Shown here: piece by piece, positions 25,007 to 32,000 of the stretch | Position numbering within the stretch: position 1 is the first letter of the stretch | Layout: each line of letters opens with the position of its first letter | Source of the DNA: Nitratidesulfovibrio vulgaris str. Hildenborough | GTDB lineage: Bacteria > Desulfobacterota > Desulfovibrionia > Desulfovibrionales > Desulfovibrionaceae | Reading direction: 5' to 3' | NCBI RefSeq assembly: GCF_000195755.1 | Contig: NC_002937.3 | Span: forward strand, 30,001-62,000 | Length of the DNA: 32,000 nucleotides | Notes under the pieces: generated by a model | The model's database searches: none | What the model was told of the DNA's origin: nothing | What the model saw: the letters and a program-made list of their open reading frames with translations, nothing else | Made by a program: the position numbers and the translations under genes

Positions 25007-25765
25007 CTACTCGGCGTGGCGTTCGGCCGGGGTCTGGAAGCTGACCAGCTTCTCGCGGATGATGCGGGGGTTCTCGCCCCTGGCGATGGCGAGGATGCCG
25101 GCCAGTTGCATCTCCATGAGCTGGATTTCCTGACGCGAGCGGTGACGCAGCTTGCCCACCAGGGGCAGGAAGACGAGATTGGCCAGTACGGCCCCGTAGA
25201 AGGTGGTGATGAGGGCCACGGACATGGCAGGGCCGATGGTGGAAGGGTCGTTCATGCGCTTGAGCATCTGCACGAGGCCGATGACCGTGCCGATGAGCCC
25301 GAGGGCCGGGGCATAGGTGCCCATGGCGGCGAAGATGGCGGCACCGCTCTCGTGGCGCGTCTCCATGTTCTCCATCTCGCAGCGCAGGATGTCCTCGATG
25401 GCCTCCGGTTCAAGGCCGTCCACTGTGAGTTGCAGCCCCTTGCGCATGAAGGGGTCGGGCAGCGTTCTCACCGCGGGTTCGAGGGCCAGCAGCCCTTCGC
25501 GGCGGGCGCGGTTGGAAAGGTCGAGGAACTGGTTGAGCACCTCTTCGCTGGAGGTCTGATGTCCCTTGAAGGCGTGGCGGGCGATGGCGAGCATGCGCAA
25601 CGCCTCGTCGATGGGGTAGTTGACCAGCGTGGCGCCTATGGTCCCGCCAAGGACGATGAGCAGGGCCGGAAGGTCGGCGAAGAGCAGAGGGTCGCCGCCC
25701 AGCAACAGCGCGAGGGCGATGAGCCCGAAGGATACCGCGAGTCCTATGAGAGTCGCCAAGTCCAT
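25007..25765 (-). CDS. motA: Flagellar stator protein MotA
   Basis: 252 aa. ATG follows AAGGAG. It has four TM helices. The conserved C-terminal region is MGTYAPALGLIGTVIGLV...ALITTFYGAVLANLVFLPL. Confidence 0.95.
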   Translation of the reverse strand: MDLATLIGLAVSFGLIALALLLGGDPLLFADLPALLIVLGGTIGATLVNYPIDEALRMLAIARHAFKGHQTSSEEVLNQFLDLSNRARREGLLALEPAVRTLPDPFMRKGLQLTVDGLEPEAIEDILRCEMENMETRHESGAAIFAAMGTYAPALGLIGTVIGLVQMLKRMNDPSTIGPAMSVALITTFYGAVLANLVFLPLVGKLRHRSRQEIQLMEMQLAGILAIARGENPRIIREKLVSFQTPAERHAE

Positions 25766-25839
25766 GCGCGTTGCGCTCCTTGCAGTGGTCTTCCGGCAGG
25801 CGGGTTGTGTGCGGACGTGTGGATGATGCCCGACTACGC

Positions 25840-25898
25840 CCTGTTCTTGCCTGTTCTACCCGTTTCTCTGTCCTGCCCGTTTCTCTTGGCCTGTCCTG
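25840..25898. repeat. CT-rich direct repeats upstream of motA
   Basis: CCTGTTCTTG / CCTGTTCTAC (25840-25859), then CCCGTTTCTCTGTCCTG (25859-25875) and CCCGTTTCTCTTGGCCTGTCCTG (25876-25898). These lie 75-135 bp upstream of the motA ATG. Confidence 0.75.
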
Positions 25899-26040
25899 CC
25901 GTTGCGAAGCTGTGCGGTCCAGTCCGTGCGGTCGAAGCTGTCCGCTGGCCGTCGCCCTCCGCCGGTGTTCTCCGGGGCACTGCTGGCCTGCGGTATCCCG
26001 TCAGTTCAACGTACACAGGCCAAGGTGCACGGGAAGGCGC

Positions 26041-26772
26041 TCAGGGTCTGGGCGGACGGGGGCCGAAGATGTCCGTGCCCACACGCACGATGGTCGCCCC
26101 TTCCTCCACGGCCTGTTCGAAGTCGCCTGACATGCCCATGGAGAGATGCGGCAGGGGCACTCCGAGGGAAAGCTCAAGGTCGTCGCGCAGCTTCCGTAGC
26201 GCCGCGAAGAACGGTCGTGCCGCCTCGCCGTCGTCGAAGAAGGGCGGCAGACACATCAGTCCGCACAGGCGCAGGGTGGGCAGTTGCAGCACCGTTTCGG
26301 CGAGGCGTGCCGTTTCGGCGGCGTCGATGCCCGACTTCTGGACTTCTTCACCGATGTTCACCTGCAAGAGCACATCCTGCACGACGGGACACGTGTCGTC
26401 TTCCGGACGCCACAGTGCCTTATGCAAGTTGTGCGCCAGCTTCTCCGAGTCCACGGTGTGGATGAGGGCGAAGCGCCCTGCCACATCTTTCGCCTTGCGG
26501 CTTTGCACGTGCCCGATGCAGTGCCAGAGGATGTCCTCTCCGGCGAGGGCCTCCTGCTTCTGCAAGGCCTCCTGCACGTAATTCTCGCCGAAGTCGCGTT
26601 GTCCGAGGGCGGCGACGGCAGCCACGGCCTCTGCCGGATGGTACTTGGAGACGGCCACCAGCGTGACGTCGGCAGGGGCGCGTCCGGCGCGGCGTACCGC
26701 CGTTTCCAGCCTGTGCCGCACGGCGGCATAACGTTCAGCGAGGGGCGTGTTCATCTGTGCATGTTCCATCAT
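26041..26772 (-). CDS. yggS: YggS-family pyridoxal-phosphate homeostasis protein
   Basis: ATG at 26770-26772 after AGGAAG; 243 aa. The PLP-lysine context is LVAVSKYH, the C-terminus has LSMGMSGDF, and the fold looks like a YggS-type TIM barrel. The 496-aa ORF-track version runs antisense into era and is not credible. Confidence 0.9.
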   Translation of the reverse strand: MMEHAQMNTPLAERYAAVRHRLETAVRRAGRAPADVTLVAVSKYHPAEAVAAVAALGQRDFGENYVQEALQKQEALAGEDILWHCIGHVQSRKAKDVAGRFALIHTVDSEKLAHNLHKALWRPEDDTCPVVQDVLLQVNIGEEVQKSGIDAAETARLAETVLQLPTLRLCGLMCLPPFFDDGEAARPFFAALRKLRDDLELSLGVPLPHLSMGMSGDFEQAVEEGATIVRVGTDIFGPRPPRP

Positions 26773-26846
26773 ACTCACTTCCTGCGAAGAAAAAAGCCGC
26801 GCGCCGCCGTCAGGGGCACGCGGCGGAATGCCGTCGGGGCGTGAGG

Positions 26847-27773
26847 CTATTCGTCCGGCGAAAGGCCCAGGCTGCGCATGAAGCCGAGGTCCTCTGTCCA
26901 GCCTTCGCGCACCTTGACCCACAGTTCGAGGTGCACCCGCTTCTCGAGAAGTTCCTGGATGTCCTTGCGGGCTTCGATGCCGATTTCCTTGATGGTGGCC
27001 CCGCCCTTGCCGATGACCATCGACTTGTGCGAGGGGCGCGCCACGTAGATGACCGCGTTGACGATGACCTGGTCGCGTCCTTCTTCCTCTTCCCACTGCT
27101 CGATGTCCACGGCGGTGGAGTAGGGCAGTTCCTGACGCAGCTTGTTGAAGACCTTCTCGCGCACGATTTCGGCGGTCATGAAGCGCACCGGCAGGGTGGA
27201 AATCTGGTCTTCGGGGTAGAGGGCCGGGCCTTCGGGCATGTAGCCGACGATGAGGCGCAGCAGGTGGTCCATGCCGTCCTTGTTGAGGGCCGAGGCGGGA
27301 AAGACCTCCGCCTTGGGCCACATGGCCGAAAGACGCTCCAGCAGGGGGAGCATCTTCGACTTGTCGCGGAACAGGTCGATCTTGTTCACGACCACGACCA
27401 CAGGGCGGGTCTCGGCGGCGATGGGTTCGACCAGCGGCGCGATGTCGCGGTCGAGAAGGTCGGGCTTGCGGATGTAGAGGTCGCCGTCGAGCATGACGAT
27501 GAGCGCGTCTGCGGCGTTCATGCTCTGCCATGCCGTCTGCAGCAGCATCTTGTTGAGGCGCCCGCGCAACTGGTGGATGCCGGGCGTGTCCATGAAGACG
27601 ACCTGCGCGTCCTTGCGCGAGAGGATGCCCACAATCTGGTTGCGGGTGGTCTGGGGCTTCGAGGTGACGATGGCCACCTTCTGCCCGATGAGCGCGTTAA
27701 GCAGAGTGGACTTGCCTGCGTTGGGCGGGCCTATCAGGGCGACCCAGCCGCAGCGGTGCGTGGTCTGGTTCAT
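26847..27773 (-). CDS. era: GTPase Era
   Basis: ATG at 27771-27773 after GAGGAG; 308 aa. G1 is [10 protein letters not shown]3 is DTPG, G4 is NKID. A C-terminal KH domain is present ([13 protein letters not shown]). Confidence 0.95.
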
Positions 27774-28040
27774 GGATATCTCCTCGGAGGCTGGGCCTCT
27801 GTGCTTCTTGTATGGGATGTTCCACAGCCACTGCACAGCGTCAAGGCGAAGCAGGTTGATGCCCGGAACGGGATGGCACTTTCATGCACTATCGCGGCGT
27901 GTGGTGAACATAATAGGATACACAGGTACAAAGCCGCTGGCAAGCGTCATGAAGAGGGTGGCTGCGGGCACGTCGGGGGTCGCCCGGAGACCCGTTCCGT
28001 GATAGGATGGTACCAACGTTGTACGTGCATCGAGGAAGCC

Positions 28041-30077
28041 ATGGACGAGACGGAACGCACCGCACCGCACTGTGCGGACGCATCACAGGATGCAAACAGG
28101 GAACACGGGACGGGCATGGCGTCTTCGTCTGCCGTCGACCCGAAGGGGGAGGGCGAAGGGGCGCAGGCCCGAGGTTCGTCATCAGGTCAGGCCAATCAGG
28201 TCGGTCAGGCCGGAGAGGCCGGAGAGGCAGAAGAGGCCCACACCGCCACGGACGCCGGGGCCCGCACGGGCCTTTCGCCGTGGCAGCGCCTGCGCCACGC
28301 GGCGTTGCCGTTTCTGGACGACCTGCAGGGCTATACGTCGCGCACCTTCAGGCACGACGTCCTTGCGGCGCTGACCGTGGCGGTGGTGGCCCTGCCGCAG
28401 TCCATGGCCTATGCCGTCATCGCAGGGGTGCACCCCAAATACGGCCTGTACGCCGCCATGCTGCCCGTCATCGTGGCCTCGTTGTGGGGTTCGTCGCGCT
28501 ACCTCATCGCGGGGCCCACCAACGCCATCGCCATGCTGCTTTTCGCCTCGCTGGCTGAGACGGCGGTGGACGGTGTGCTTATCGGTGCCATGCCCGAAGA
28601 GACCCGCATGGCCTATATCTTCGGGGTGGCCATCCTCGCCGGGGCGATACAGGTGGGCATGGGGCTGGCGCGTGTGGGCGAACTTGTGCACTTCATCTCG
28701 CACTCGGTCATCGTCGGTTTCACGGCGGGGGCTGCGGTGCTCATCGCCGTGGGGCAGCTGCGCAATCTGCTTGGCGTTTCCTTTGCCGCGGCCCCGGACT
28801 TCCCCACACAGGTGCTGCGTACCCTCGTCCATCTGCCGCAGACCAACCCGTGGGCGCTGGGTGTGGGTCTCGCCACCATCGCCCTCGCACTGGCGTTGCG
28901 GTATGCACCACGCAACCTGCCGGGGCCGTTCATCGCCATCGTGGTGGCTGCCGCCGCCACGCAGTTGCTGGGTCTCGAAGCGCACGGGGTGCGTGTGGTG
29001 GGTGACATCCCGCAGGGGCTGCCACCCCTGTCGCTGCCGCCTGCGCCTGATGGCGACGCCATCCGTATGCTGTTCATGCCCGCGCTGGCCATCGCCCTGC
29101 TTGGCGCGGTGGAGGCCCTCTCCATCGCCAAGACACTGGCGGGGGCCAAAGGTGAACCGGTGGACGGAAGCCGTGAATTCGTGGCGCAGGGGCTGGCGAA
29201 CATGGCGGCGGGGCTCACCTCCGGCATCCCGGGTAGCGGTTCGTTCACCCGCAGCGCGGTGAACTTCACCGCCGGGGCGCGGACACGCTTCTCGGGGGCG
29301 TTCACGGGCGTGCTGACGCTGCTGGCGGTGCTCGCCTTCGCACCGCTGGCACGGGCCATCCCCGTGGCATCGCTGGCGGGCATCCTGTGCATCATCGCGT
29401 GGGGCATGATCGACCGCGACGGCATCCGTCTTTCGCTGAGGGCCACCCGTGCCGACCGCGCGGTGCTGCTCTGCACCTTCGGGGCTACGCTGCTGCTCGA
29501 CCTTGAGAAGGCGGTGTTCGTGGGCGTGCTGCTCTCGCTGGGGCTGTTCCTGCGCAAGGTCTCGCATCCGCGCGTGGTGCGGCTTGACGCCAGCGGCAGT
29601 AGCGAGTTGCGGGGCCTGGATGGCGGGCCGTGCTGCCCCAACCTTGCCGTGTACGCCATCGAGGGTACGCTCTTCTTCGGGGCCATCGACGAGCTCGAAA
29701 AGAAACTCTACGAGTACGAAAACTTCGGGCACAAGGCCGTGGTGCTGCACCTGAGGCAGGTGCACTGGATTGACGCCACAGGCGTACATGCCTTCGAGCG
29801 TTTCCTGCGCAAATGCCGTGACAAGGGCGTGACACTGGTGCTCAGCGGGGCAAGGCCGCAGGTGCGCCGCGTGCTGGTGGATGCGGGGCTCATCGAACAT
29901 ATCGGCGAAGCCAACGTCACGGCAGACCTCTCATCCGCGCTGAACCATTGCTACACCACCTGCCTGCGGGACGAGGTGTGCGCGACGTGCAAGGCGGGCA
30001 ACCACGGCGAGTGCCGCCGTCAGGGTGCCGCCATGTGCGAGGTCGACGCCGAACGCCATCCTGTGGCGCAGGAGTAG
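28041..30077 (+). CDS. SulP-family anion (sulfate) permease with a C-terminal STAS domain
   Basis: ATG at 28041 after GAGGAAG; 678 aa. The SulP core begins ALPQSMAYAVIAGVHPKYGLYAAMLP. The STAS domain is YAIEGTLFFGAIDELE...HWIDATGVHAFERF. The part of the 1106-aa ORF upstream of 28041 is antisense to era. Confidence 0.9.
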   Translation: MDETERTAPHCADASQDANREHGTGMASSSAVDPKGEGEGAQARGSSSGQANQVGQAGEAGEAEEAHTATDAGARTGLSPWQRLRHAALPFLDDLQGYTSRTFRHDVLAALTVAVVALPQSMAYAVIAGVHPKYGLYAAMLPVIVASLWGSSRYLIAGPTNAIAMLLFASLAETAVDGVLIGAMPEETRMAYIFGVAILAGAIQVGMGLARVGELVHFISHSVIVGFTAGAAVLIAVGQLRNLLGVSFAAAPDFPTQVLRTLVHLPQTNPWALGVGLATIALALALRYAPRNLPGPFIAIVVAAAATQLLGLEAHGVRVVGDIPQGLPPLSLPPAPDGDAIRMLFMPALAIALLGAVEALSIAKTLAGAKGEPVDGSREFVAQGLANMAAGLTSGIPGSGSFTRSAVNFTAGARTRFSGAFTGVLTLLAVLAFAPLARAIPVASLAGILCIIAWGMIDRDGIRLSLRATRADRAVLLCTFGATLLLDLEKAVFVGVLLSLGLFLRKVSHPRVVRLDASGSSELRGLDGGPCCPNLAVYAIEGTLFFGAIDELEKKLYEYENFGHKAVVLHLRQVHWIDATGVHAFERFLRKCRDKGVTLVLSGARPQVRRVLVDAGLIEHIGEANVTADLSSALNHCYTTCLRDEVCATCKAGNHGECRRQGAAMCEVDAERHPVAQE

Positions 30078-30506
30078 GCCTTGCGGGGGCCCCCGCGGTG
30101 GGGGCCGCATCCCGTCATATGGGTGCTGTCAGGTCTTCGCGATGCCGGCCTGTTGCTCCGGCACTTCGGGCGCGGCTGCCGGAGCGCCGCCTCTGCCGTG
30201 CCTCATGCGTTCGCCATCCGTACCGTCTCTGGAGACAGGCGTGACGGAGACGCATGACAGGCCGGGGTGTTACCGCGTACGGCACGTGCCAGATGCTTCA
30301 CGGACGTGCCATCCCCGGATGCGTGGAGAGGCCCCGCGCCTGCGGGCCTGACGGCATCACCGGCTGGCGTTGCGAACGGCGTCACGCCTCCGTTGGCAAG
30401 CCGCGCCCTGCTGCGGTTGCCCTGCGTCGCGCATCGGTCTATGGTGCCAACCCTGCCGTTCCGCGGCTTCACCTCAGCGCCGGAACCCCGGTCCATCCGT
30501 CAGAGC

Positions 30507-31766
30507 ATGAGCGAAACGCTGCCCATATCCCCCGACGCCCCGTGGCTGGCCCCGCTGGCGGGCTATTCCGACCTGTCCTTCCGGCTGCTGTGCCGTGAGG
30601 CTGGGGCCGCCGTGTGCTGCACCGAAATGGTCAGCGCCAAGGGGCTCATCTACTGCAGCCCCGGTACCCGCGACCTGCTTGCCACCACGCCGGAGGACGC
30701 ACCTCTGGTGGTGCAGCTTTTCGGCTGCGACCCCGACATCATGGTACGCGCCATGGAGCCCTTGCTCGAACAGGGGTTCCGGTGGTTCGACCTCAACATG
30801 GGCTGCTCCGTGCCCAAGGTGGTGAAGACCGGTTGCGGGGCTGCCATGCTGCGTGACGTGCCGCAGGCGCTTGCCGTGGCCCGCGCCATGCTGCGTACCG
30901 CAGGCGCGGGGCGGGTGGGTTTCAAGTTCAGGCTTGGCTGGGACGTAGGTCAGGAGGTATGGGCCGACCTTGGGCGCGCTCTCGCCGACCTCGGTGCGGG
31001 GTGGGTGACGCTGCATCCGCGTTATGCCCGTCAGGGCTTCTCCGGCGAGGCACGGTGGAGCGCGCTGGGTGAGCTTGTACGGGCCGTTTCCGTGCCTGTC
31101 ATCGCCAGCGGCGACCTCTTCACTGCTGCCGATGGCGTCCGCTGCCTGCGTGAGACGGGCGTGGCATCGGTGATGTACGCGCGTGGTGCGTTGAACGACC
31201 CCGGAGTGTTCCATGCGCATCGCGAACGTGTCGCCGGAAGGCCCGACCCCGGCTATACGCCGCAACGGTTGCGGGCACTCATCACCCGCCATGCCGAACT
31301 TGCACGGCAATATGCGCCGGGACGCTCGGCCCTGCTCAAGATGCGCACCTTCGTGCCCCGCTATGTGCGGCATCTGCCGGGAGCGCGGGCGTTGCGCCAG
31401 CATCTCGCCTCATGCTTCGAGTGGGAGATGCTGGATGAACTGCTGGCCACCTTTTTCGCGGACGTGCCCACCTGTCCGGTCACGCCGGAAGGACGGGGCG
31501 GTAACGCGGACGCCATGTCCGAATGTGTGACCGGTGCTGCGGAACACTCTGGTTGCAGGACGCACTCGGACATGTCCGGCCATGTAGCTGGCAGCGCGTC
31601 CTCTGAAGACCCTTCCGATGGCCCCTCCCGTTACCCCGCAGGAGAATCCGCCATGACGTCCGGCGAGGAGTCCGCCACGGCGGCGGGCACGGCAGGTCGT
31701 GGCCCGGAGGTCTCTTCCACGTGTTGTACGGGGCGCGCACAGCAACCCACGGAGTCAGACGCATGA
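30507..31766 (+). CDS. tRNA-dihydrouridine synthase (Dus family) with a C-terminal low-complexity extension
   Basis: ATG at 30507; 419 aa. Motifs are LAPLAGYSD, DLNMGCSVPKV (catalytic Cys context) and TLHPRYA. The last ~100 aa are Ser/Gly/Ala-rich. The stop overlaps the ispH start (ATGA). Confidence 0.85.
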   Translation: MSETLPISPDAPWLAPLAGYSDLSFRLLCREAGAAVCCTEMVSAKGLIYCSPGTRDLLATTPEDAPLVVQLFGCDPDIMVRAMEPLLEQGFRWFDLNMGCSVPKVVKTGCGAAMLRDVPQALAVARAMLRTAGAGRVGFKFRLGWDVGQEVWADLGRALADLGAGWVTLHPRYARQGFSGEARWSALGELVRAVSVPVIASGDLFTAADGVRCLRETGVASVMYARGALNDPGVFHAHRERVAGRPDPGYTPQRLRALITRHAELARQYAPGRSALLKMRTFVPRYVRHLPGARALRQHLASCFEWEMLDELLATFFADVPTCPVTPEGRGGNADAMSECVTGAAEHSGCRTHSDMSGHVAGSASSEDPSDGPSRYPAGESAMTSGEESATAAGTAGRGPEVSSTCCTGRAQQPTESDA

Positions 31767-32000
31767 ATGTCATTCGCGCCCGCACGGCGGGTTTCTGCAT
31801 GGGGGTGAGCCTCGCCTTGCGCAAACTCGACCGCGAGGTCGACCGTGCCGAGGAGAAGGCAGCGCAGGGCAGCCCGCGTTGCCGTATCGCCACCTTCGGT
31901 CCCATCATCCACAACCCTCAGGTACTGGAAGCCTATGCGGGCATGGGCGTGCGCTGCCTGCGACAGGTGGACGAGGTGGAGGCGGGCGACCATGTGGTCA
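31763..32000 (+). CDS. ispH: 4-hydroxy-3-methylbut-2-enyl diphosphate reductase IspH (5' fragment, runs off the window)
   Basis: My own translation from ATG 31763 (GGAG 7 nt upstream) gives MNVIRARTAGFCMGVSLALRKLD...FGPIIHNPQVLEAYAGMGV. This matches the IspH N-terminus (GFCxGV first Fe-S cysteine, GPIIHN). It is not in the ORF track because it is truncated by the window end. Confidence 0.85.
   Translation, partial: MNVIRARTAGFCMGVSLALRKLDREVDRAEEKAAQGSPRCRIATFGPIIHNPQVLEAYAGMGVRCLRQVDEVEAGDHVV

Noticed and set aside
27874-27888. Sigma54-like TGGCACTTTCATGCA upstream of the SulP gene.
   Set aside because: The GG-to-GC spacing is 9 nt instead of the invariant 10, so it does not fit the -24/-12 geometry.
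26757-28040. The N-terminal 428 codons of the 1106-aa plus-strand ORF that ends as the SulP permease.
   Set aside because: This part is antisense to era and yggS and has no membrane or SulP features. A good SD (GAGGAAG) precedes the ATG at 28041, where the real SulP N-terminus begins.

Overview
This is a high-GC (about 63-65%) chromosomal window. Its gene content and order look like a Desulfovibrio vulgaris-type sulfate reducer. That call comes from my recollection of the genome, not from any search. The window reads mostly as core genome. I saw no integrase, transposase, CRISPR array, prophage or defence-island signature, and no multi-gene system I can honestly call new.

Contents in order:
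- tRNA-Ala(GGC)
- a small alpha/beta hydrolase
- an ArsB/NhaD-type permease
- the tRNA-binding protein CsaA
- an orphan hydantoinase-A-like ATPase followed by a His/Cys-rich small protein
- a MocR (GntR plus aminotransferase) regulator divergent from azlCD
- an isochorismatase-family hydrolase
- a secreted DsbA-like oxidoreductase
- an envelope-stress-like minus-strand group: a 57-aa membrane ORF below the ORF-track cutoff, a ZraP/Spy-like gene with a canonical sigma54 promoter, and a DUF523/TudS-like gene
- a two-domain OlsF-like acyltransferase
- a DksA/TraR zinc-finger protein
- a nucleotidyltransferase-fold protein
- an MltD-like LysM lytic transglycosylase
- an RlmB-like methyltransferase
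- a tight minus-strand operon motA-motB-motB'-fliL-fliN-fliO-fliP-fliQ
- yggS, era, a SulP/STAS permease, a Dus-family enzyme and the 5' end of ispH

The points most worth a second look:
- the sigma54 promoter plus TGTGCA palindrome array with no activator gene in the window
- the tandem MotB paralogues sharing one MotA
- the OlsF-like aminolipid synthase
- the His/Cys-rich protein next to the orphan hydantoinase-like gene
- the six-cysteine tail on the SulP STAS domain
- a structured orphan non-coding segment between two terminators

All family assignments rest on motif recognition by eye. No BLAST, HMM or RNA folding was run. Many long ORFs in the six-frame track are antisense shadow ORFs typical of GC-rich DNA, and I did not call them.
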